Shown: one piece after another, positions 1-8,329 of the stretch
Layout: the number at the start of each line of letters is the position of its first letter
Numbering within the stretch: position 1 is the first letter of the stretch
Assembly: GCA_027310625.1 (NCBI GenBank)
Contig: DAIDAM010000002.1
Location: forward strand, 65,123 to 129,122
Length of the DNA: 64,000 nucleotides
Direction: 5' to 3'
From: a bacterium
GTDB lineage: Bacteria > Patescibacteriota > Minisyncoccia > UBA6257 > 2-01-FULL-56-20
Translations under genes and position numbers: made by a program
Notes under the pieces: model-generated
Seen by the model: the letters and a program-made list of their open reading frames with translations, nothing else
Databases searched by the model: none
What the model was told of the DNA's origin: nothing

Positions 1-610
1 TGGCGCCGTAATATTCTTTCAGTGTTTTATGCGCATCCAGATGGTCGGGGAAAATATCCAAAACCACCGCAATCGGCGGCGATTTTTTGAGGTCCTGAAG
101 CTGGAAGCTCGACAGTTCAAGAATTACAACGGATTTTTTATTTAATTTCGGAAGCAAATCCAACGCCGGGATTCCTATGTTTCCGCCAAGAAAAACTTTT
201 TTTCCCGCTGCTCTCAGAATTTTGTAAAGAATCGTCGCCGTTGTTCCTTTGCCTTTGGTGCCGGTGATGCCGATGATTTTAACTGATGACTGATGACTGA
301 TGACCGATGACTTTTTATTAATCTCATCAAAAAACAGCTTGGTAGCGCTCGAAATTTTTACGCCCTTCTTTCTTGCCTTTTGTATTTGAGGCGTGAGATA
401 AGGAATGCCGGGCGTGCGGAAAATTACGTCGAAATCGGAAAGATTTTTAAGATAATTACTGCCCGTTTGCGAGCGAACGTTGAGGGGCAATCCGATTGTT
501 GACTTTTTATCAACAATCCAAATTTCGGAGTTTTTGTATCGGCTGTCTCTCTCCAAAAATTTCAGAACCGAATGTCCCTCTCTGCCGAAACCGAGAATTG
601 CGATTTTCAT
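1..610 (-). CDS. murD: UDP-N-acetylmuramoylalanine--D-glutamate ligase MurD, N-terminal ~200 aa; gene continues beyond the window start
   Basis: Minus-strand translation from ATG at 610-608 gives MKIAILGFGREGHSVLKFL...IGITGTKGKGTT (Mur ligase P-loop). Not in the ORF track because there is no stop in the window. Carries an in-frame tgatgac x4 tract at 281-310. Confidence 0.8.
   Translation of the reverse strand, partial: MKIAILGFGREGHSVLKFLERDSRYKNSEIWIVDKKSTIGLPLNVRSQTGSNYLKNLSDFDVIFRTPGIPYLTPQIQKARKKGVKISSATKLFFDEINKKSSVISHQSSVKIIGITGTKGKGTTATILYKILRAAGKKVFLGGNIGIPALDLLPKLNKKSVVILELSSFQLQDLKKSPPIAVVLDIFPDHLDAHKTLKEYYGA
281..310. repeat. Tandem heptamer tract (TGATGAC)x4 inside murD, translated as a short S/V/I/H/Q-rich insert
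   Basis: Direct reading: tgatgactgatgactgatgaccgatgac. A similar TGATGTC tract occurs at 59620-59650. Confidence 0.6.
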
Positions 611-614
611 CTTG

Positions 615-688
615 TTGCGGGGGCGGGACTCGAACCCGCTTCGGGAGCTTATGGGGCTCCCCGGTAAACCTTTCCCAACCCTCCCGCG
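615..688 (-). tRNA. tRNA-Met (CAT), initiator-like
   Basis: Minus-strand CGCGGGAGGG...GGGAGC-CCCATAA-GCTCCC...GCGGG-TTCGAGT-CCCGC-CCCCGCA-A. Anticodon CAT, three G-C pairs in the anticodon stem, C1xA72 mismatch, 3' end CCCCCGCAA as in bacterial tRNA-fMet. Unusual C33; D-arm non-canonical; CCA not encoded. Confidence 0.55.
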
Positions 689-833
689 GCATCCGAATAG
701 CGCTTAACCTGCCCGCTTCGCGTCGCGAAGCGAGGCGGGCGGGCGAATGCGCCCATCCGAATAAAGCCGTTTTATTATAACCGTCGTAAAACGATTGTCA
801 AAAGTAATTATTGATGTCAAAATAAGTCCGCAC

Positions 834-905
834 GTCAGGGTAGCTCAATGGTGGAGCAGGGCTTTCATAAGGCCAAGGTTGTGGGTTCGAGTCCCGCCCC
901 TGACA
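834..905 (+). tRNA. tRNA-Met/Ile2 (CAT)
   Basis: GTCAGGG acceptor paired with CCCTGAC, anticodon loop TTCATAA (CAT), T-arm GTGGG-TTCGAGT-CCCGC; CCA not encoded. Confidence 0.8.
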
Positions 906-907
906 CA

Positions 908-1216
908 ATGAAAACAATCTTCGTCTACATCACCGCTCCGTCGCGCGCCGAGGCGAGAAAAATCGCAAAATATCTTCTCGATAAAAAACTGATTGCCTGC
1001 GCCAATATCCACAAAATCGAAAGCTTGTACCGCTGGAAAGGAAAAATGGCGGACGAAAGCGAATGGGTTTTGGTTTGTAAAACCGTCGGGAAAAATTATC
1101 AAAAAATTGTTAAGGAAACGGAGAAAATCCATTCCTACAGCGTTCCCTGCGTTATTAAAATCCCCGCATTTTCGAACGACAAGTACTTTAAGTGGGTAGA
1201 GAAAGAAACGTGTTAG
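908..1216 (+). CDS. cutA: Divalent-cation tolerance protein CutA
   Basis: MKTIFVYITAPSRAEARKIAKYLLDKKLIACANI...YRWKG...IHSYSVPCVI is the CutA1 family pattern. The ORF-track start at 848 lies inside the tRNA, so the CDS is trimmed to ATG 908. Confidence 0.75.
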   Translation: MKTIFVYITAPSRAEARKIAKYLLDKKLIACANIHKIESLYRWKGKMADESEWVLVCKTVGKNYQKIVKETEKIHSYSVPCVIKIPAFSNDKYFKWVEKETC

Positions 1217-1228
1217 AATGCTCCTTAA

Positions 1229-3268
1229 ATGAAGCGGAGAGTTCCGAAGAAGAATATTTCTCTTGAGATTTCCGACGTAAAGCATCCGGACGGCGATTTG
1301 TCCGGGGTTGACGAGGAATACGAAGAATTTGAAGAAAAGACGAACACGGCGGGTGAACCGCCGCCGAGCAAGGGGGGAAGTATTCCCGGTTTCAAAAAAC
1401 CGGTGCTGAAGTTAACTCTTGTTTTATCGCTTTCCTTCATTTTGGTTTTTTCTGTCATCTGGGCAATCGGCGCTTACGCTAAACTTAACGGCCTTCTTGG
1501 GTACTTCAATCTCGCAAACGGCGAGATTAGCGGCTTTTTGAACAAAGGCGGCAACGCCCCGGATTCTCCGGCAGCGGAAGAAAAAAAGCTGGATGTTTTT
1601 GACATTGCAAAAAGCAGGGAAGCGTGGAGCAACGTCGGTTCCGTCTTTTCGGGATTGAATGATTTTTCGGTTGCCGGAATAGGAGCGGCTTACGAACTTT
1701 CGTTTTTGAACAACAACTGGGCGAATCTTTTGTTGCGCGGCGGAGGCGGCGAACTCATTTCCAATCTTTCGAAACTGAAGGATTATATCAGCGCCCTTAA
1801 CGAAGCGAACGGAAAGCTGAGTTCACTCAACATCGGGTTTGAAAGATTTTTCCTGAACGGGTACAATTCGCCGCTTTCCATCGGGTTGAATTTCAGGCGC
1901 GCGGAGAATTTTCTCGGCGCGCTGATAAACTGGCTATCGTCAAAGGAAGAACGCCGCATACTCGTTTTTTTCGAGAACTCTTCGGAAATGAGGCCGGGAG
2001 GAGGATTTATGGGAAGCTACGCCGATGTAACGTTTTCGGAAGGAAGCGTGAAGTCGGTTGATGTCCGCGACATAAACGACGCCGACCGCGCGCTTTCTCT
2101 CAAAATAATTCCCCCGAAGCCGCTGCAGGCGATTGAAAAAAGCTGGACAATAGCGAACTCCAACTGGTTTTTCGATTATCCGCTCTCCGCTTCAAAGACG
2201 ATGGAGTTGATGGAAAAGTCCGACATCTACGCCGGAAAATCTTCTTTTGACGGTGCAATCGCAATTCTGCCCGGCTTCGTAAGCGATATTCTTGAGATTA
2301 CGGGGCCGATAAATCTCGCGGGCAGAAATGTGACAATAGACAAAAACAATTTTTTGAAAGAGATACAGAGCGAGGTTCAGGAGTATCAGTCAAAAGGGAA
2401 GCCGTCGAAGGGGGTGATTGCGGAACTTGTTCCGGAACTTTTGTCGCGAATCGGGAGCGAGAACGCGGGAGGCAGCGGGAAACTGACCGGCAAAATTCTG
2501 GAACGGATAAAGAAAAAAGATCTGATTTTTTATTTCAAAGACGCAGGCATTCAGAGTTTTCTCGATTTTTACGGGGCTTCGGGGAGGATTTTTGAGGAGC
2601 CGGCGAAATATAACGGCGATTACCTTGCCGTCGCAAGTGCAAACATCGGCGGCGGGAAAAGCGACGCCTTTTTGGAGCAAAAAATATTTTTCAAAACCCA
2701 GATTAACCTTGACGGCACAGCGAGCAATCGTTTGGAACTTTCTCGTTCGCACACCGCGGGGAAAAGCGAGCCGTGGTGGTACAGGACGCCGAATGAAAGC
2801 TACATTAAGGTTTTCATGCCCCAAGGTTCGCTCCTGTCTTATTTCGAGGGCGGGCGGGACAAAAAAATAACGCCGAAGACGGATTACAAAAAAGGCGGTT
2901 ACAAAAGCGACCAAACAGTCGCTTTGATTGAATCAACTCTTAAAAAGGACTTTAATTACCCTTTGGTGGAAGAATTTTCAGAGTCCAAAAAAAATGTTTT
3001 CGGGTTTTGGGTGAAAACTGACCCCGGAAAAACGACAAAGGCAATTCTTAATTATTCTCTCCGCCTTTTTTCAACCCCGAGAGACGGAGAAAAATATCAG
3101 TTTGTTTTCGAAAAGCAGGCGGGAAGAAATGACGGCCTGAAACTGGAAATCTACGCCCCAGTCGGATTTTTCTGGGCGGAAGAAAATTCCCCACTTTTTG
3201 AGTATGAGTCGGACAATCCCGACGGGCGTGTAACATTCGATTTGACAATGAAAAAGGCGGAACTCTGA
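1229..3268 (+). CDS. Membrane-anchored protein, DUF4012-like (from memory of the RPGGGF.GSY motif)
   Basis: 679-aa ORF with an N-terminal TM helix after an acidic segment; motif FENSSEMRPGGGFMGSYADV. Confidence 0.45.
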   Translation: MKRRVPKKNISLEISDVKHPDGDLSGVDEEYEEFEEKTNTAGEPPPSKGGSIPGFKKPVLKLTLVLSLSFILVFSVIWAIGAYAKLNGLLGYFNLANGEISGFLNKGGNAPDSPAAEEKKLDVFDIAKSREAWSNVGSVFSGLNDFSVAGIGAAYELSFLNNNWANLLLRGGGGELISNLSKLKDYISALNEANGKLSSLNIGFERFFLNGYNSPLSIGLNFRRAENFLGALINWLSSKEERRILVFFENSSEMRPGGGFMGSYADVTFSEGSVKSVDVRDINDADRALSLKIIPPKPLQAIEKSWTIANSNWFFDYPLSASKTMELMEKSDIYAGKSSFDGAIAILPGFVSDILEITGPINLAGRNVTIDKNNFLKEIQSEVQEYQSKGKPSKGVIAELVPELLSRIGSENAGGSGKLTGKILERIKKKDLIFYFKDAGIQSFLDFYGASGRIFEEPAKYNGDYLAVASANIGGGKSDAFLEQKIFFKTQINLDGTASNRLELSRSHTAGKSEPWWYRTPNESYIKVFMPQGSLLSYFEGGRDKKITPKTDYKKGGYKSDQTVALIESTLKKDFNYPLVEEFSESKKNVFGFWVKTDPGKTTKAILNYSLRLFSTPRDGEKYQFVFEKQAGRNDGLKLEIYAPVGFFWAEENSPLFEYESDNPDGRVTFDLTMKKAEL

Positions 3269-3290
3269 AGCCACAATAAAAGATTAAAAA

Positions 3291-5189
3291 ATGGAACAAT
3301 CACCTTCAAAAATTAGAAATTTTGTTGTCATAAGTCATATCGACCATGGGAAAAGCACTTTAGCCGACCGCTTTTTGGAAATCACGGGCACGGTGGAGGC
3401 GCGCCGCATGAAACCGCAGTATCTTGACCAACTTGAACTTGAAAGGGAACGCGGTATAACGATAAAGATGGCGCCTGTCAGGATGATTTATCATCCTGAC
3501 CGCGGAACAACGCGGAAAGACACGCGGAATGACGCAGGAAGTAATCTGTTGGAGGAGTATATTCTCAACCTGATTGATACTCCAGGGCACAGCGATTTTT
3601 CATACGAGGTTTCCCGCGCGCTCGCGGCCGTGGAAGGTGCAATACTCCTCGTTGACGCCACAAAGGGAATTCAAGCGCAGACACTTTCCAATTTTCGCGC
3701 CGCTAAAAAGGCGGGGCTCAAAATAATAGGCGCGGTCAACAAAATTGACCTCAACCCGCCCCGCGCGGGCGAATCGGCGCTGCTTCTCGCGGAACTTATC
3801 GGCGTTCCGGAAAAAGAAATTTTCAGGATTTCCGGAAAAACCGGCGAAGGAGTGCGGGACTTGCTTGATGCCGTTGTGGAACGGGTTCCGCCGCCCCGAA
3901 AGTCCGCGGAAAATTTTTCCCGGGCGCTGATATTCGACTCGCTCTACGACGACCATAAAGGAATAATTGCTTTCGTCCGGTTTTTCGACGGTTCTTTGAG
4001 TTCGGGAAACGAAGCGGAGCTTTTGGCTTCAAGAACAAAATTCCGCGTGAAAGAGTCGGGATATTTTTCTCCGCAGTTCAGGCCGGCTTCTTCGCTTTCC
4101 GGCGGCGAGATAGGATACGTGGCGACGGGATTGAAAGAGCCGTCGCTCGTGAAAATCGGCGATACTATCGTAGCGCGGAATCACGCAGACGGCACGCGGA
4201 ATTACGCGGAAAAAGTTCGGCGAGATTCTGCGTCAAGTCCGCGTCAGTCGGCGTCGTTGGTGTTGCCGGGCTACAAGGAGCCGTCGCCGGTGGTTTTCGT
4301 TTCGCTTTATCCCGACAGCGGAACGCAGTTCGAGGACTTGAAAAAAGCGATGGAGCGCCTGCGCCTAACCGATTCTTCGCTTTCGTTTGAGCAGGACTCG
4401 AGCGAGGCGCTGGGACGCGGTCTCAAGGCCGGATTTCTCGGCCAGCTCCACTTCGAGATAACGGCGAGCCGGCTGGAAAGGGAATTCGGGGTGAAATTCA
4501 TCGCGAGTTTTCCGTCGGTCGCCTACAGAGTTAAACTGAAAGGAAAGACGTCGGTTATAAAAGACCCCAACAATTTCCCGGACGACCCCGACGAAGTTTT
4601 ACAGCCAATGATGGGCGTGGAGATATTTTCGCCCGCGGATTACGTCAGCCAGATACTGGGCTTGAAGGAAAAGTTTCACATAGAGGTTTTGGAAATAAAA
4701 AACATCGGCAACAATGTCGTGATTTCGTCCAAGATGCCGCTCATCGAGCTTACGCGCAATTTTGACGACAGAATCAAATCGGTTTCCTCAGGATTCGCTT
4801 CTTTCAGCTATGAAATTTACGGAGAGGAGCCGGCGAAAGTCGAAAAAATGGAAATTCTGGTCAACGGCGAGCCGGTTTCGGCGCTGACGAGAATCGTTTT
4901 CAAGGACGAAGCGGAAACGGAAGCGCGCGCCACAGTGGAGCGCCTGAAGGAACTCCTGCCGAAGCAGCAGTTCGCCCAGGCGATTCAGGCAAAAGTTCGC
5001 GGGCGGATAACCGCAAGGGAAACCATTCCGGCGATGAAAAAACTGCTCGGCAATTTCGGCAAAACCGGCGGCGACAGGACGCGGAAAATGAAGCTTTGGA
5101 AAAAACAAAAGGAGGGCAAGAAAAAACTGAAGGGTATGTCGCGCGTCTCGGTTCCAACCGAGGTTTTTCGCGACCTTTTGAAGAAGTAG
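3291..5189 (+). CDS. lepA: Elongation factor 4 (LepA)
   Basis: IRNFVVISHIDHGKSTLADRFLE...LIDTPGHSDF; C-terminal LepA tail GKTGGDRTRKMKLWKKQKEGKKKLK. Contains a roughly 25-aa in-frame insert RRDSASSPRQSAS encoded by a palindromic mini-element. Confidence 0.9.
   Translation: MEQSPSKIRNFVVISHIDHGKSTLADRFLEITGTVEARRMKPQYLDQLELERERGITIKMAPVRMIYHPDRGTTRKDTRNDAGSNLLEEYILNLIDTPGHSDFSYEVSRALAAVEGAILLVDATKGIQAQTLSNFRAAKKAGLKIIGAVNKIDLNPPRAGESALLLAELIGVPEKEIFRISGKTGEGVRDLLDAVVERVPPPRKSAENFSRALIFDSLYDDHKGIIAFVRFFDGSLSSGNEAELLASRTKFRVKESGYFSPQFRPASSLSGGEIGYVATGLKEPSLVKIGDTIVARNHADGTRNYAEKVRRDSASSPRQSASLVLPGYKEPSPVVFVSLYPDSGTQFEDLKKAMERLRLTDSSLSFEQDSSEALGRGLKAGFLGQLHFEITASRLEREFGVKFIASFPSVAYRVKLKGKTSVIKDPNNFPDDPDEVLQPMMGVEIFSPADYVSQILGLKEKFHIEVLEIKNIGNNVVISSKMPLIELTRNFDDRIKSVSSGFASFSYEIYGEEPAKVEKMEILVNGEPVSALTRIVFKDEAETEARATVERLKELLPKQQFAQAIQAKVRGRITARETIPAMKKLLGNFGKTGGDRTRKMKLWKKQKEGKKKLKGMSRVSVPTEVFRDLLKK
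4182..4256 (+). repeat. Palindromic mini-element (ACGCNGA arm + TCNGCGT arm) inserted in frame in lepA
   Basis: acgcagacggcacgcggaattacgcggaaaaag...ttctgcgtcaagtccgcgtcagtcggcgtcg. Shares CGTCAAGTCCGCGTCAGTC with the cca and 23S copies. Confidence 0.6.
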
Positions 5190-5213
5190 GGATTTTGGAT
5201 TATTTTTAATGGG

Positions 5214-5504
5214 ATGAACATTACAAAGGCGGCGGTGGTGATTTTTTTGGCGATAGCCCTGGTTGTTCTGGGGAAAGAAATACTTTTCTTTGTGAAGAAG
5301 AGCGCGGAGAGCGGGAAACGATACCAAGTACTGCGGGCAGAAATGATTCAAGCGCAGACAAGCTACGATAAAGTGAAAGCGGATCTTGAATACTATCTGA
5401 ATCCGCGCAACCTGGAAAAAGAACTGCGCGCCCGTTTCAACTACCGCTCTCTCGGCGAAAAAATGCTCATAATCATTCCCCAGCCCTCTTCAACCAATCA
5501 ATGA
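5214..5504 (+). CDS. Small membrane-anchored coiled-coil protein, possibly a septum formation initiator (FtsB/DivIC-like)
   Basis: N-terminal TM helix followed by a predicted coiled coil; 96 aa. Confidence 0.4.
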   Translation: MNITKAAVVIFLAIALVVLGKEILFFVKKSAESGKRYQVLRAEMIQAQTSYDKVKADLEYYLNPRNLEKELRARFNYRSLGEKMLIIIPQPSSTNQ

Positions 5505-5604
5505 GCCGCATATAATAACTTAAGTTTTTAGATTTTTGAACAAGCCGGCGTTCTTCCCGGACTTGGTAATATAAACAGGTTCCGTGATATAAGTTATACG
5601 GGGG

Positions 5605-6171
5605 ATGAAATACAAATTATACATTGTCTTTTTAACAATAGTCGGCGCCGGAGCAATCGCCCTATTTTTCGCTTCCTCCGGATATTATCCGATTGCCGTC
5701 GTGGGTGGTCGCGTGATTACCGCAAAAGCTTTCGCGAAAGATTATTTAATGGCTGAAATGTATTACAAGAACGTTTTGAAATCAGCCGTTGGTTCTTCGA
5801 CTGCGGCGGAATTGACCGAAGAGCAAATTCAGCAATCCGTCCTTTATATGCTTATTGAAAATGAGCTTGTGGATATCGGCGCCCAAAAAGAAGTCGGCGG
5901 CTCAGTTGACGATTTGGTTAATAAAAAAATCGGAGAGGTTGCGACTGAACCGGGGATTGAAAAAGAAATCGAGGCGGTTTACGGCGTGGGGTTCAACGAT
6001 TTCAAAAGCGAAATTCTTGTTCCCCAGGCGAAGCGCGACATTCTTACGGGCAATCTTCTCTTGAAAGGCAAAAAAATTGAGGATTGGCTTGCGGAAGCGA
6101 AAAAATCCAGCAAGGTGATTATTTTTTCCGGAAAATTTTACTGGGACGGCAAAAACGTTTCAGTGCGCTGA
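5605..6171 (+). CDS. Hypothetical membrane-anchored protein
   Basis: 188-aa ORF with an N-terminal TM helix; no recognised family. Confidence 0.45.
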   Translation: MKYKLYIVFLTIVGAGAIALFFASSGYYPIAVVGGRVITAKAFAKDYLMAEMYYKNVLKSAVGSSTAAELTEEQIQQSVLYMLIENELVDIGAQKEVGGSVDDLVNKKIGEVATEPGIEKEIEAVYGVGFNDFKSEILVPQAKRDILTGNLLLKGKKIEDWLAEAKKSSKVIIFSGKFYWDGKNVSVR

Positions 6172-6312
6172 AACGTTAAATCCAAAAATCCTAATTTCTA
6201 AACCCTAAACAATCCCCAATTTTAAATTGCTAAAGGTTTGGAATCTATAATTTTTGACTTATAATTTGTTCCAGATTTCATATTTAGAATTTTCGATTTT
6301 AATCACTGGTGT

Positions 6313-6386
6313 GCGAGCGTGGTTCAATGGTAGAATGTCAGCTTCCCAAGCTGAAGACAGGGGTTCGATTCCCCCCGCTCGCTCCA
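6313..6386 (+). tRNA. tRNA-Gly (CCC), CCA encoded
   Basis: GCGAGCG paired with CGCTCGC acceptor, anticodon loop TTCCCAA, T-arm AGGGG-TTCGATT-CCCCC, then TCCA. Confidence 0.85.
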
Positions 6387-6398
6387 AAATAAAATTTT

Positions 6399-6510
6399 AG
6401 CGCGGGACCAGGCTGAGGACGCCGGTTCGATCCCAGTATTCCGCTCAAAGTTTAATCACTAATTTGGCGCGGGGGCAAGCAGTAGACGCGAGGTCGATTT
6501 TGGAGTATAT
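6399..6510 (+). pseudogene. Two degenerate tRNA 3'-half-like fragments downstream of tRNA-Gly
   Basis: GCGCGGGACC...GGTTCGATCCCAGTATTCCGCTCA and GCGCGGGGGCAAG...GAGGTCGATTTTGGAG resemble the T-arm and acceptor of the adjacent tRNA but cannot fold as full tRNAs. Confidence 0.3.
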
Positions 6511-6746
6511 TTGTAGCAAGGCTCAAGCTTCTCTTTGCAGAATGCTGTAGGTGCTTCGCAAAATCCATAGCCGCCTCCGCTTCCAAAAGGTTTCGGGCCA
6601 AAAAGACCATGAAAAAAGATAAAGCATATATCCGTTTTGGTAATTTTAAGGGAGCAACTACTCGAGGCTGTTTTTGTATTGGGCAAAATCTCAAAATTTC
6701 TGAATATATAGCGACAAGCTAAAATATTTTTCCAAGATTTTTCGAG

Positions 6747-6771
6747 AAAGCCCAGTACAATCTGGGCTTTC
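6747..6771. terminator. Perfect hairpin gaaagcccag-tacaatc-tgggctttc upstream of the ABC-F gene
   Basis: 9-bp stem and 7-nt loop, with T-rich sequence on both sides. Confidence 0.3.
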
Positions 6772-6792
6772 TTAATTATTAACAAAAAAATC

Positions 6793-8253
6793 ATGATCAT
6801 CATAAAAAATCTAACGAAAAATATTTTAGGCGAAACTCTTTTTGAAGAAGTGTCTTTTGTGTTGCAAAAAGGAGATAAGGTTGGCCTTGTCGGACCGAAT
6901 GGTTGCGGAAAATCTACGCTTTTGAAAATCATCCTTGGTGAAATTGAAGCTGACAGCGGCGATGTTCGAGTTGAACATGAAAATATCGGGTACTTGTCCC
7001 AAGAGATGCCTTTCAAAAGCGATGAAACAGTAGAGAGTTTTTTGTCCGCTTCTGAAAATCCAAAAGCAAAAACCGCCCTTGAAAAGGTTGGGCTTGGAAA
7101 TATCTTGCACAACATTGCGGTCAATAAACTTAGCGGTGGCCAAAAAACTCGACTATCTCTTGCAAAAATTTTATTGAACAAACCAAGCGTTTTGCTTCTT
7201 GACGAGCCGACAAACCATCTTGATTTGAAAGGATTGGAATGGTTAGAGAATTTCATACGCGATTTTAGAGGCGGTGTTTTGATTGTCTCTCACGACCGCC
7301 GTTTGCTTGATAATTCCGTCAATAAAATTCTTGAGATTGATTCGGTCAATCATAAATTTGCTGAATATGTTGGCGGATATACCGAGTATATGATTGAAAA
7401 AGAAAAGAAATTGGCTAAATGGGAAGACGAATATCAACGACAGCAAAAAGAAAAGCGGCGTCTTGAACTTTGGCTCGCACTTAAGCGGCAAGAAGCGCAT
7501 ATTCATCCTGATCCGGCGAAAGGCAGAATGATTCGAGCAAAGGAAAAATTTTTGCAGCGTGAAATTTATGACAAAGAAATTGCTCGACCAAAAAGCCAGA
7601 AAAAGATAAATAGTTTGGAACTCAAGGGCGAAGCAGCTTCTGCAAAACTCGTTGTGCGAGCCAAAAATATCGCAAAGAGTTTTCCCGGAAAGCAGCTGCT
7701 CCGTGGAATTAGTTTTGAATTGCGCGGCAGAGAGCATGTTTTATTGGCTGGAGATAATGGTTCAGGGAAAACTACTTTGCTCAAAATTCTCACAGGAGAA
7801 TTACAGCAGGACAGCGGAGAATTTAAGCTTGGCGAAAATGTCCGTTTTGGCTATTTCGCGCAAGAGCATGAAATTCTAAATCTCGACAAAACGGTCATGG
7901 ACGAATTTCTAAGTACCGACCGCTTACTTAATTCGTCCAGAAATCCGCGCTCGATTCTTGGTGCTTTTCTCTTTGGCGGTCAAAACGCGTTCAAGAAAAT
8001 TTCGAGTTTGAGCTTTGGTGAGCGAGTGCGCCTCATTTTCGCCAAGCTAACAAATCAAGAAAACGAGCTTCTTATTCTTGACGAACCGACCAATCATCTC
8101 GATATCCAATCGCGAGAGGTTATCGAGGACGCGCTTCTTGGATACAAAGGAGCAATCCTTGTCGTGTCTCACGACAGGTATTTCCTTGATAAAATTTCCG
8201 TAAATCGAATGCTCACGATTCAAAATGGAATTATCAAGGAAAAACTTGTATAA
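6793..8253 (+). CDS. ABC-F family ATPase with two ABC domains and no TMD; translation-factor or ribosome-protection type
   Basis: Two Walker A sites (GPNGCGKST, GDNGSGKTT), two LSGGQ-like signatures and two Walker B sites (LLLDEPTNHLD, LILDEPTNHLD), separated by a charged linker of about 75 aa. Gene GC is clearly lower than its neighbours. Confidence 0.8.
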   Translation: MIIIKNLTKNILGETLFEEVSFVLQKGDKVGLVGPNGCGKSTLLKIILGEIEADSGDVRVEHENIGYLSQEMPFKSDETVESFLSASENPKAKTALEKVGLGNILHNIAVNKLSGGQKTRLSLAKILLNKPSVLLLDEPTNHLDLKGLEWLENFIRDFRGGVLIVSHDRRLLDNSVNKILEIDSVNHKFAEYVGGYTEYMIEKEKKLAKWEDEYQRQQKEKRRLELWLALKRQEAHIHPDPAKGRMIRAKEKFLQREIYDKEIARPKSQKKINSLELKGEAASAKLVVRAKNIAKSFPGKQLLRGISFELRGREHVLLAGDNGSGKTTLLKILTGELQQDSGEFKLGENVRFGYFAQEHEILNLDKTVMDEFLSTDRLLNSSRNPRSILGAFLFGGQNAFKKISSLSFGERVRLIFAKLTNQENELLILDEPTNHLDIQSREVIEDALLGYKGAILVVSHDRYFLDKISVNRMLTIQNGIIKEKLV

Positions 8254-8265
8254 TTTTCTTATACA

Positions 8266-8311
8266 CGTGCTGAATCTCTTTGGAAGAGAAGACAGCACGG
8301 TAAGTTTTTTT
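8266..8311 (+). terminator. Rho-independent terminator after the ABC-F gene
   Basis: cgtgctg ... cagcacg stem followed by gtaagttttttt. Confidence 0.4.
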
Positions 8312-8329
8312 GTAGAATAATTTATCAAT

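Noticed and set aside
611-833. tmRNA hypothesis for the T-arm plus CCCCCGCAA 3' end
   Set aside because: The interval is only about 220 nt and has no tag-peptide reading frame or tmRNA 5' acceptor partner. The same sequence folds as a CAT-anticodon tRNA.
848-1216. ORF-track start at 848 for cutA and at 20450 for the NTase
   Set aside because: Those starts lie inside tRNA-Met and tRNA-Ala respectively; both were trimmed to downstream ATGs (908 and 20513).
6399-6447. Third functional tRNA after tRNA-Gly
   Set aside because: Only a T-arm-like segment and a partial acceptor. No D-arm or anticodon arm can be formed.
6459-7256. 265-aa minus-strand ORF overlapping the ABC-F gene
   Set aside because: Classic antisense shadow of an ABC ATPase (VDFPQPFGPTRPT-type translation). 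The plus-strand ABC-F has full Walker motifs.
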